DNA from: a bacterium
GTDB lineage: Bacteria; UBA8248
Length of the DNA stretch: 64,000 nt
Reading direction: 5' to 3'
Assembly (NCBI GenBank): GCA_965203325.1
Contig: OZ241875.1
Coordinates: 3,136,001 to 3,200,000 of the forward strand
Shown in pieces: positions 36,694 to 45,256 of the stretch; the first letter of the stretch is position 1; each line of letters starts with the position of its first letter. Made by a program: the position numbers and the translations under genes. Below the pieces are notes generated by a model that worked only from the letters and a program-made list of their open reading frames with translations, searched no databases and was not told the DNA's origin.

Positions 36694-39600
36694 ATGAATA
36701 CAGAATCAGACCCCACCCAGTCGGCTCCTCTCGTAAGGGCTCTGGTTTTCATCACTTCCTGGCTATGCGTGCTCTCGGGTTTGTATCACATTTCCGCGGT
36801 CTATCTCCGGCCTTTGCCGGGTGAGATGCACCCCAACATGCACATGCTTTTGGCCTATACCATTCTTCTCATCGGCGGCGCCGGAGCAATGCCTCAGATT
36901 TACGGGGATAAAATTCGCAAGCTGAAGTTCCTTCCCGTCCTCTACCTTTTGTCTTTGATTCCCGCCGTCATCTTCTATTATTTCGTCTACGAGATGGGAG
37001 AAGGTTGGTCTGACTGGAGTGTTTGGTGGGTTTATGCGCTACCGTTCGCCATCTGGATGGCGATGATGGTCGTCGAGAAATCCTGGCTCGCGCTTTTTCT
37101 CTGGTTATTGGGCTTTGTTCCTGCCCCTATACTTTTTTGGTATTGGGATTATTTGCCCGAAAGCACGCATGAGCCCAACTTTTGGTGGCTTATAATCGCA
37201 TGCTCCGCCATTCCCACGATGTGGACCTTGTTCGCGGTTTTCTTCAGACCTGCCGAGGGAGTGAAAAAAGCGGGTGTTTTTCTCGTTGTATTTTTCGTAG
37301 CGCTCATTCTGATTGGGTGGCGGGTAGGATTGTGGGCCGGGCAAAGCGATGCGGTGAGGAGCGCTTTTTACCTCTGGCCGGCGATTGTACTCGCTTTTCC
37401 TCTTTTTTGGGCGAAAAGACGGATCAAAGAGGTGTTTCAGGAATATCCCGCGCATCCTTTTCCGGCAGGCTTCACGATCGGCCTGAACGCAGGGATGCTT
37501 TTCTTCGTGGCGACCTCATGCCTGTACCTGTTCTACTACCACGAAGAGATGGTCGATCGCCCGGGCGCGCCGACAATCGGCGATGCGCGCGTCGGCTTCG
37601 TCATGATCGTCGTCGCTCTCGAATTGACGAGGCGCTGTTTCGGCCCCCCGCTTCCGACCTTGGCGATGATTGCTTTGGCTTATGGTATATGGGGCAATTT
37701 GTTTGCGCCTCCTTTCGGGCATGGCGGCCATACATGGATAGAACTCCAGGCGAAACTCTCTACCGATTTCATCGGTGGCGTTTTGGGCTTTTTGGTCGTC
37801 ATCTCGGCGACCTTTATCATCATGTTTCTGATCTTGGGGGCGTTTCTGCATGAATCGGGCGCGGGCCGTTTTTTCGTGAACTTCGCCTTGGGGCTGTTTG
37901 GAAAGCTGCGTGCGGGCGCCGGCCTCGCCGCCGTGGGTTCGAGCGCGCTCATGGGTACGGTATCGGGCAGCGCATCCGGCAACGTCGTAACCACCGGCAC
38001 GTTCACGATTCCGCTCATGAAGCGTATCGGGCTGAGCCCGCACATCGCCGGAGCGGCGGAAGCGGCGGCCAGCAGCGGCGGACAGATCATGCCGCCTGTC
38101 ATGGGGGCGGGCGCCTTCATCATGAGTGAACTCATCGAGGTGCCGTATTTCCAGATTATCGGATACGCCACCATACCGGCCATCTTGTATTTCACCATCG
38201 TGGGGATCAACATCCACTTTGCGGCCGGCGCGCTGAACATCCAGCCGTTGCCCGCTAACGAAATTCCGAGTTGGAGGGCGGAACTCAGGAACGGATGGTT
38301 CTATCTCGTGCCCCTGGCGTTTTTGGTCTATTTCCTCTTTCAGGGCAGAACGCCCGTATTCGCCGGCGTCATGTCGGTTTTCATTATGGTGGGCATCTGG
38401 TTTTACCGGAACGTGACGGAATTTTTGGGTACTATGAGGAGAGGCGACAAGACGATCGCAGATGATGTATTCGTTTTTGTGCCGGTTACGTTTTGGGTTT
38501 TCACATTTTTCCTATACGCGTTGCTCACGGTTTTCGAGTTGGGTTTCGGATTTCCGTTGGGGGTATACGGAAAACCGACTTGGGGCGGGGCGATAAAGGC
38601 TGCTCTTTCTCTGGGTGTCGTCGGATTTGTTCTGGCGAGCGTTTTCGCTCGCATGTTCTCCTGGGTGGGTGAATTCTGGCGCGAGACAGAAAGCAACTGG
38701 CTCGCCATCTTCCCGCTCACGTTGTTGGGTTTGTGGGTCGCCTTCGGCTGGTCTTCCGGCGTGGCGGGAGCCGCTCTCGTGCTGGCCCTGCTGAGCGTAT
38801 GGTCCGTTTCCAGGGGCAAAGGAGCGCAACCCACCACGACCATACCTTGGCTTTTCGTCATGATTTGGGTGGGCGCCTATTATGTGCAAAAAGGAATTTA
38901 TGCGCTCGTCCCCGCCATAGCGAATTTCGGCGAATGGTTCGTGCCTTTCGGGTTCATATATGACGGTCTCATCTTTTTCGGGTTGGCCGTCATCGTGCAG
39001 AGGGTTATTTTTTCATTCGGCTCGCAAGAATCCGACCCCGAAGCCCCGACGCCTAACCTGAAGCAGGTGTTGGCCGTATCCTGCAATCCGTTCACCTATT
39101 TGCGCAGGGCGAAGCAGACGGGTGAGACCGGCCCTGCCGCGCAGGCTGCGCAAAGCGCCTCCGACTGGATTTTCAGCATTCGCAACGCTCTGCGCGTAGG
39201 CGGCAGGCAAGGGGCTGAATTCGCCGTGACGCTGGCTACCATCGAGGTCGTCGTTCAGGTTCTGTCCATCACGGGCGTGGGCAACAAGTTCGCCTTCATG
39301 ATCGAGGCCCTCGCCCAGGATATATGCGTGTTCGGCGCCGCTGTCGGTGGCGGGTGCGCGTATTATATCGGCCTCGATGGTTTCTTTGTCGCATTGCTGC
39401 TGACGGCGGTTTGCTGCGCCATATTGGGAATGGGCATGCCGACGACCGCGGCGTATGTTCTACTCGCCATTCTGGGCGGACCGGTGCTGGTTAAACTCGT
39501 GGGTCCTGAACTCACGCATATTTACGGAGCGGAATGGGTCAAGGAGTTCGTGGCCGCCAAGGGAGACCGGGTCGCGGCCCACATGTTCATCTTCTACTTC

Positions 39601-40020
39601 GCGATTCTCTCCGCCATTACGCCGCCCGTGGCGATAGCTTCGCTCGTTGGGGCCAAGCTGGCGGGAGCGCCCTATTTCAAGACGTCCATGATGTCTCTTC
39701 GCTTCGCCATCGTGGGCTTTATCGTGCCGTTTTTGTTCATGTTCGACCCGGCGCTGCTTACGTTCGCGAGTCCGTTGCGCGTCGCGCTTTCCGCATCCAT
39801 TACGCTCCTGGGATTCATCGCTTTCTCGGCGGGAACGCAAGGCTGGCTCTTCGACAGGCTATACAAATACGAGCGGATACTCTTGTTTGCCTGCTTCATC
39901 GCGTTCATCTTGTTCGTCATTTTCTTCAGCATTACCATGCTGGTAGCGGGCTTGGTTTGCGGCGGGATTCCGCTTGTCCGGCAAATCAAGGATTACAGGA
40001 AACCTGTTCCCCAAACATAG
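36694..40020 (+). CDS. TRAP 4TM/12TM fused permease, enlarged (1108 aa)
   Basis: SGSASGNVVTTGTFTIPLM, EAAASSGGQIMPPVMGAGAF, LGMGMPTTAAY, AHMFIFYFA..S.ITPPVA. Confidence 0.9.
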   Translation: MNTESDPTQSAPLVRALVFITSWLCVLSGLYHISAVYLRPLPGEMHPNMHMLLAYTILLIGGAGAMPQIYGDKIRKLKFLPVLYLLSLIPAVIFYYFVYEMGEGWSDWSVWWVYALPFAIWMAMMVVEKSWLALFLWLLGFVPAPILFWYWDYLPESTHEPNFWWLIIACSAIPTMWTLFAVFFRPAEGVKKAGVFLVVFFVALILIGWRVGLWAGQSDAVRSAFYLWPAIVLAFPLFWAKRRIKEVFQEYPAHPFPAGFTIGLNAGMLFFVATSCLYLFYYHEEMVDRPGAPTIGDARVGFVMIVVALELTRRCFGPPLPTLAMIALAYGIWGNLFAPPFGHGGHTWIELQAKLSTDFIGGVLGFLVVISATFIIMFLILGAFLHESGAGRFFVNFALGLFGKLRAGAGLAAVGSSALMGTVSGSASGNVVTTGTFTIPLMKRIGLSPHIAGAAEAAASSGGQIMPPVMGAGAFIMSELIEVPYFQIIGYATIPAILYFTIVGINIHFAAGALNIQPLPANEIPSWRAELRNGWFYLVPLAFLVYFLFQGRTPVFAGVMSVFIMVGIWFYRNVTEFLGTMRRGDKTIADDVFVFVPVTFWVFTFFLYALLTVFELGFGFPLGVYGKPTWGGAIKAALSLGVVGFVLASVFARMFSWVGEFWRETESNWLAIFPLTLLGLWVAFGWSSGVAGAALVLALLSVWSVSRGKGAQPTTTIPWLFVMIWVGAYYVQKGIYALVPAIANFGEWFVPFGFIYDGLIFFGLAVIVQRVIFSFGSQESDPEAPTPNLKQVLAVSCNPFTYLRRAKQTGETGPAAQAAQSASDWIFSIRNALRVGGRQGAEFAVTLATIEVVVQVLSITGVGNKFAFMIEALAQDICVFGAAVGGGCAYYIGLDGFFVALLLTAVCCAILGMGMPTTAAYVLLAILGGPVLVKLVGPELTHIYGAEWVKEFVAAKGDRVAAHMFIFYFAILSAITPPVAIASLVGAKLAGAPYFKTSMMSLRFAIVGFIVPFLFMFDPALLTFASPLRVALSASITLLGFIAFSAGTQGWLFDRLYKYERILLFACFIAFILFVIFFSITMLVAGLVCGGIPLVRQIKDYRKPVPQT

Positions 40021-40040
40021 TTCAGTATTCTTTTTAGAGG

Positions 40041-41288
40041 ATGTTCATGCTTTTTCATAAAGAACGCGCGCTTGAGTTCATGGAGAGGTTCGATCTGGAC
40101 GCGCTGATAGCGACGACACGGCATAACGTCTTGTATCTCTCGGGTTTTCAGGGCTGGGCGCAATACACCTACGGCGATGCCACGACGGAAACTTTCGCGC
40201 TGTTTTTTCGGGATCAGGCCTCCCCGCCCGCGTTGATACTCTCCCGGCAGGACGAGACATACTACGCGGCGACGGGTTCGTGGATCAAAGACGTGAGGGG
40301 CTATGGTCCCCGCTCGGCGCTCGATATGGCGCCCGGCGAGACGGGAGCGACCGAAGAGGAGAGGAATTACATATCCCTCATCGCCGAAGACGCTCCGCGC
40401 GAGGCGAATATTACCAGTGCCCTGCTCAGGCTTTTGCGGGAGCGGGGCTTATCGAGCGGTAGAGTAGCCCTCGATAACGAGGGAATCCGCCCAAGCACGC
40501 GCGGCGCTCTCGAGGCGGCATTACCGGATATGTCTTTCCTGGATGCCTCGAACCTGTTTCGTTTGATTCGCCTCCAAAAGACGGATGAAGAGATTGAGCG
40601 CATGCGCGCCGCAGCGGTCTTGAACGAAAACGCTGTCGTCGCGTTCCACAAGGAGATGGCCGTAGGACGAACCGAGCGCGAAGTAGCAAGCCATTATTAC
40701 CGCACCGTGGCCGCAGGAGGCGGTAAATGGAGTTGGTTCCATCTCGCCGGCGGCAGGCGTTCGGCCTCGATTTTTCCGCCCTCTGAGCGAAAATTCGAGG
40801 CGGGAGACGGCTTTTTCTTCGATGCCGGGATGCGGCTGAACCATTACTGCGCGGACGTGGGCTGTTGCGGTTCGTTCGGCGAGCCGGGCGCGGAGCGCAA
40901 GGCACAGTGGAACGCCATCCAGGCGGGGCTCGAGGCCGCCTTCGGCGTGATCAGGGCGGGGGTGAAGCCCTCCGAGATTTTTCGCGCGGCGGTGGCGGCG
41001 GCGAAAAAATCGGGCCTGCCGCGCTACAACGGCGCTTTCTGCGGGCACACGATAGGGATCGAAGCGCGCGAACTGCCCTATACGCTGAGCGAACCCATGA
41101 AGCTGGGCGATCCGTTTTTGCCTGAAAATTCAGACATTTCCCTGCCTTCTGGCGCGGTGCTCTCGGTGGAATTGCCCTCCGGGAAATTCGGCGAGGGCGG
41201 TGTCCACGCGGAATATACCGTTCTCGTCACCGAGACGGGCATGGCGCACCTAGGCGAACCCATCCGCGAGTACGTCGTCATCGGGTGA
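40041..41288 (+). CDS. M24 Xaa-Pro peptidase-family protein
   Basis: NVLYLSGF, RLQKTDEEI, FDAG..YCAD, GHTIG, SVE, AEYT. Confidence 0.85.
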   Translation: MFMLFHKERALEFMERFDLDALIATTRHNVLYLSGFQGWAQYTYGDATTETFALFFRDQASPPALILSRQDETYYAATGSWIKDVRGYGPRSALDMAPGETGATEEERNYISLIAEDAPREANITSALLRLLRERGLSSGRVALDNEGIRPSTRGALEAALPDMSFLDASNLFRLIRLQKTDEEIERMRAAAVLNENAVVAFHKEMAVGRTEREVASHYYRTVAAGGGKWSWFHLAGGRRSASIFPPSERKFEAGDGFFFDAGMRLNHYCADVGCCGSFGEPGAERKAQWNAIQAGLEAAFGVIRAGVKPSEIFRAAVAAAKKSGLPRYNGAFCGHTIGIEARELPYTLSEPMKLGDPFLPENSDISLPSGAVLSVELPSGKFGEGGVHAEYTVLVTETGMAHLGEPIREYVVIG

Positions 41289-41359
41289 AGTCATAATATA
41301 TTAAGAATTAATTATTTACGACAAATCCGCCGAAACGCGGCGGCGCAGACTCTCGCCCT

Positions 41360-41695
41360 GAAAGGACACCCCCTCCTCGGGGCTGTCCTGCCCCCCTACC
41401 CCCCCTTAACAAGGGGGTAAAGGCCGCGCCCCCCGACGTGCGGCGCAAGCGCGCCTGCTCGGGATGGAGGTCAGGCTCGTCATTCCGGCGTCATCCCCGA
41501 CCAAAGAGAGGGGAGGGGGAATCCGGAGGTTTCGTCTTTCGCTTTCGTAGGGACAGGCCTCTGTGCCTGTCCTAGGTCGCGATCTGTCCCTACCGTTGCG
41601 TCTCGCCTGACCGGCGTGGGGTTTTGCAACAGGCCCGTATGCGGCTCCTGCGTTCCCTCATCACACCGTATAGGGGGCGTTCGTGAACGCCCCTC
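41360..41695. repeat. Cluster of REP-like palindromes
   Basis: CCCCCTACCCCCCTTAACAAGGGGG, GTAGGGACAG...CTGTCCCTAC, GGGGCGTTCGTGAACGCCCC. Confidence 0.65.
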
Positions 41696-41792
41696 TTGCC
41701 CGCCGCGCGTGGATGGGCGATAGTCGGCGGGCGTCATCGACGTGCTGCACATCGTTTCACGCGGTGAAGCGTACGAGGGACAGGAGAACGTC

Positions 41793-42086
41793 ATGTCGAA
41801 CGGGGACGCCGAGGCGCTCTTGAGCGATGAGGAACTCTACGACCGCGCCGATGCGGAGGGGGGCGAGTCCTTTCCCGCCGAGGTCGTGGATCGCCTTCTG
41901 GTAAATGAAAACCCGATACGCGTCTACCGGGACCATCGCGGCATGACGCAGGGTGCTCTGGCCGCCGCAGCTGGCATCCACCCGGTCTACCTCTCCCAAA
42001 TCGAGACGGGCAAGCGTTCAGGCTCGGCGAAGACGCTGGCCGCCATCGCCGAGACCCTGGGCGTTACCGTGGACGACCTGATTTAG
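41793..42086 (+). CDS. XRE-family HTH protein, antitoxin-like
   Basis: PAEVVDRLL..ENPIRVYR..RGMTQ..LA..YLSQIETGKR; GGAG RBS before ATG 41793. Confidence 0.8.
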   Translation: MSNGDAEALLSDEELYDRADAEGGESFPAEVVDRLLVNENPIRVYRDHRGMTQGALAAAAGIHPVYLSQIETGKRSGSAKTLAAIAETLGVTVDDLI

Positions 42087-42117
42087 GTTAGAGGGATACT
42101 CCGTAGAACGACCCCTG

Positions 42118-42762
42118 CTAATCCGGGTTCTCGCCGACCCGGGGATAGGCGACCTTGCCCCAGTCGGCCTCGGGATTTTCTTCCATAATCTTGAGAATTA
42201 CTGGCACGGTGGCCGTCATGATTCGACTACCGTCTCTGAGTTGTGTTCGCCCCCATCCTTTTTTGAAAGTTACGCCTCCGTGAAAGACTTGGTTGCGCAA
42301 CTGATACAGCCGCCAAAAAACTTCCGTAAAGATGCCATGTACATCTCTTTGACCCAAGGCCCTGTTTATTCGTTCATTGATACGGTTGAACCGCCTGCGC
42401 CAGTCGTTGTCCGTCGTCGGATCTCGTACCCACTCCCAGAATGGAGCATAGACATACTGGTTATTCAGTAGAACCCGGATGGGACCAGAATATGTTTCCC
42501 AGAGAATGTTTTCAATTTCTTTCTCTTTATCGCAGTTAATGATGTCTTCCAAAAAATTTGTGAATCTCTCACGGTCTGGGTACCCGTTTTGGCCAGTTGC
42601 TTCACCGCCATAGGCCGCGTTGAACGCGATCCACAGGCAGATGAATTTCTCCTCATCAGAATTGACTTCTTTGCTTTGCGCCAGCCAACTCCGCGCTCTG
42701 CGCATCCGGTGCTCGTTGTGTTCGCTTTGGGGTATCTCGTCGCTGGTTCGGGTCATCGCCAT
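42118..42762 (-). CDS. HEPN-domain protein
   Basis: FICLWIAFNAAY and RNQVFH (R-x4-H) motif. Confidence 0.75.
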   Translation of the reverse strand: MAMTRTSDEIPQSEHNEHRMRRARSWLAQSKEVNSDEEKFICLWIAFNAAYGGEATGQNGYPDRERFTNFLEDIINCDKEKEIENILWETYSGPIRVLLNNQYVYAPFWEWVRDPTTDNDWRRRFNRINERINRALGQRDVHGIFTEVFWRLYQLRNQVFHGGVTFKKGWGRTQLRDGSRIMTATVPVILKIMEENPEADWGKVAYPRVGENPD

Positions 42763-42795
42763 GAGTCCTTTTGTTGTTTGATAACGTCGGATTGT

Positions 42796-42882
42796 AAAAA
42801 GCGACCTCCCCGACTACTCCGGCTTCCATTGCTGGAGGCTGGAGAGGACCCCTTGGGTCCTTGTCATCGGGGAGGAACCTTT
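42796..42882 (-). ncRNA. Structured RNA copy 1, DUF3800-associated
   Basis: 87-nt repeat; three stems, GCAA tetraloop and 3' U-tract on minus strand; covaries with copy 2. Confidence 0.7.
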
Positions 42883-42897
42883 GGAACGTAGCGCGGC

Positions 42898-42926
42898 AAT
42901 ATACCCCAATAGACTTGCGAATTCTA
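42898..42926 (-). promoter_or_regulatory. Putative promoter for RNA copy 1
   Basis: TAGAAT-17 nt-TATATT. Confidence 0.4.
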
Positions 42927-43040
42927 TAAACACGCTGGCCTCGACCTTGCCTGACGCGCATGGATGGGCGATATTTGATGCCCGCGACATTTACATGTAA
43001 ACGCCGCCTTGACCTATCCTTAATTTCTAAATAGGACGAT

Positions 43041-43712
43041 ATGAGCCGTTGCGCCTACATTTTTCTTGACGAGGCGGGCAATCTCGATTTCAGCCACAAA
43101 GGAACGCGCTATTTCGTGCTGACGAGCGTCAGCATGCGTCGACCGTTTCCGGTCTACGGGGCGCTTAATGACTACAAACTTGATTGTCTCGAATACGGAT
43201 TGGACATGGAGTATTTCCACTGCGCCGATGACAACAGGCATGTGCGCAATGGTGTGTTCAATCTGATCGCCGAGCATCTTGGAGGTATGCGTAATATGCG
43301 CATCGACTCTCTTGTGGTCGAGAAGCAAAAGACCAGTCTAGCGTTGCGGGACGATAAGCGTTTCTATCCGGAGATGCTCGGCCATCTGTTGAAATATGTG
43401 CTACCCAGGGAGTTGGATGTAGACGCCGAAGAGGTCATCGTAATTACCGATAAACTTCCGATGAATAGGAAACGGCAAGCCGTCGAAAAGGGAACTCGCC
43501 TTGCGTTGACCGAGATGTTGCCACAGGGAATGAAATACCGGATTCTGCATCACGAATCGCGGTCGCATTACGGACTACAAGTGGCGGACTACTGTTGCTG
43601 GGCGGTATTCCAGAAATGGAATAAAAATAAAACGCACTTTTACGACCGTATAAAGACAGCAGTGCGCGGCGAGTTCGATATTCTTCGAAGTGGGAATAGA
43701 AATTACTATTGA
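43041..43712 (+). CDS. DUF3800-domain protein
   Basis: N-terminal FLDEAGN..YFVL, FH, C-terminal GLQVADYCCWA. Confidence 0.85.
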   Translation: MSRCAYIFLDEAGNLDFSHKGTRYFVLTSVSMRRPFPVYGALNDYKLDCLEYGLDMEYFHCADDNRHVRNGVFNLIAEHLGGMRNMRIDSLVVEKQKTSLALRDDKRFYPEMLGHLLKYVLPRELDVDAEEVIVITDKLPMNRKRQAVEKGTRLALTEMLPQGMKYRILHHESRSHYGLQVADYCCWAVFQKWNKNKTHFYDRIKTAVRGEFDILRSGNRNYY

Positions 43713-43724
43713 ATAGCAGGCCCC

Positions 43725-43811
43725 AAAAAGCGACCTCCCCAACTACTCCGGCTCCCATCTCTGGAGGCTGGAGAGAACCCCTTGGGTTCTTGTCATCGGG
43801 GAGGAACCTTT
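43725..43811 (-). ncRNA. Structured RNA copy 2, DUF3800-associated
   Basis: 87-nt repeat; GAGA tetraloop; compensatory GGACCC/GGGTCC to GAACCC/GGGTTC. Confidence 0.7.
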
Positions 43812-43829
43812 TCATCAAATTCGACATTA

Positions 43830-43858
43830 AATATAACCGCTTCGGTTTCAAAATTCAA
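43830..43858 (-). promoter_or_regulatory. Putative promoter for RNA copy 2
   Basis: TTGAAT-17 nt-TATATT. Confidence 0.5.
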
Positions 43859-44031
43859 CCAGTATTTTTCACTACACGACCATCCCGCAAGGCAGTGTTT
43901 AGAAACGCCCCACATTCACGCATGCACATACTTGTCGGATGCGCATGGATGCGCGATATTCCACGCTTCTTATAAGAGGCAGACCCGTCCATGCGGCGGA
44001 TAATCCATTCAGGAAAGGGAGAAAAAACGCG

Positions 44032-44748
44032 ATGACGTATTTCTACAAGACGGACGAGATGGCGAAGAACCTGGCGGGCGCGGCCTACAGCTCGGCGGCG
44101 GGCGCGTGGGTGACGGGCGAGCGGCTCATATTCGGCAAGATGCGCATGCCCGCGGGCACGCGCTCGAGCGCACACGCCCACGCGAACGAGCAGTTCGGCT
44201 ACTGCTTGGCCGGCAGCTCTCGCCTCAACATCGAAGGCGATGTTCACGTATTGACGCCCGGCGACATCGCCTACCGGCCCGCCAACGCCGTGCACGAGGC
44301 CGAGATACTGGGCGATACGGATTACGAGTTCATCGTGGCGAAAGACACCGCGACGACGATAGAGGGCACGCCCACGGAGATGAAACAGACGGCGGAGCAC
44401 GTTCCCTACTTCTACGACACCGAGGCGATGGAAAAGGGTCTGGCGGGCGAGGCCTACAGCCCCACCGAGGGCGTCTGGGTGACGGGCGAGCGCATCATTT
44501 TCGGCAAGATGTGCATTCCCGCAGGAGCCAAAGCGGAGCCGCATTCCCACCCCAACGAGCAGTTCGCCATCGTCCTGTCCGGCACCGCGCGCGCGACCAT
44601 CGGCGGCGAGACCGCGACGGTCACCGCGGGCGACATCGTCCATATGCCGGCGGACGTCGTCCACTCGGTCGAAATCGTCGGCGATGAGGACTACGTCTTC
44701 GTGACGGCGAAGGACACCTCCTGGGGGATTGAGGGGATTAAGGTGTAG
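44032..44748 (+). CDS. Tandem (bi)cupin protein
   Basis: Two homologous halves with HAHANEQ / HSHPNEQ and P.N.VH / P.D.VH; GGGAG RBS. Confidence 0.85.
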   Translation: MTYFYKTDEMAKNLAGAAYSSAAGAWVTGERLIFGKMRMPAGTRSSAHAHANEQFGYCLAGSSRLNIEGDVHVLTPGDIAYRPANAVHEAEILGDTDYEFIVAKDTATTIEGTPTEMKQTAEHVPYFYDTEAMEKGLAGEAYSPTEGVWVTGERIIFGKMCIPAGAKAEPHSHPNEQFAIVLSGTARATIGGETATVTAGDIVHMPADVVHSVEIVGDEDYVFVTAKDTSWGIEGIKV

Positions 44749-44788
44749 GGGGGTACGAAAACGGATTTATCATTTGCTGTTCCTGGTT

Positions 44789-45256
44789 TTATTGGCGGAG
44801 TCCTTGAGTCAATGGATCACCGCATCGGATTCGGCGAATTGGTATGTCATTCCCATGAAATTTTATGGTTTGTTTTATCGCTGCTCTTTCTGCTTTCGGT
44901 ATGTTTCCACTGGCGACGATCGGGCGAAAATTGATTGGAAGGTTTCTGCTAACAAGATTCTCAGCCACGTGGGCGCCCGCTTGAAGCTGTCTTATTGCTT
45001 GACTGGCATCCACCCTGCCGCTTTTTAATTCCAGTGGCGCGACCCAGCCTGAGTCGCCGTTTTCTTCCTCGGCGATGAACAGGAAATCGCAGCGCGTATC
45101 ACGTTCGCCGAGTGGCGACTCCGGTTTGTCGAAGTCGATAATCAAACGCGGGCTTGGAGCATTGTTTAAGGATACACGGCAATTACGCCTGCTACATCTT
45201 TCTGTGAGGCAGTGGAGAGAGACATTTGCACGAACAACATCCAATAATTCCGTCAC
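44789..45256 (-). CDS. Hypothetical protein, PD-(D/E)XK nuclease-like
   Basis: RCDFLF...PLELKSG, AIRQLQ; GTG start overlaps ATPase stop (GTGA). Confidence 0.55.
   Translation of the reverse strand: MTELLDVVRANVSLHCLTERCSRRNCRVSLNNAPSPRLIIDFDKPESPLGERDTRCDFLFIAEEENGDSGWVAPLELKSGRVDASQAIRQLQAGAHVAENLVSRNLPINFRPIVASGNIPKAERAAIKQTIKFHGNDIPIRRIRCGDPLTQGLRQ

Noticed and set aside
42796..43811. Hammerhead ribozyme, tRNA or CRISPR identity for the 87-nt repeats
   Set aside because: CGAUGA is present but CUGAUGA/GAAA core, cloverleaf, TpsiC loop and spacers are absent
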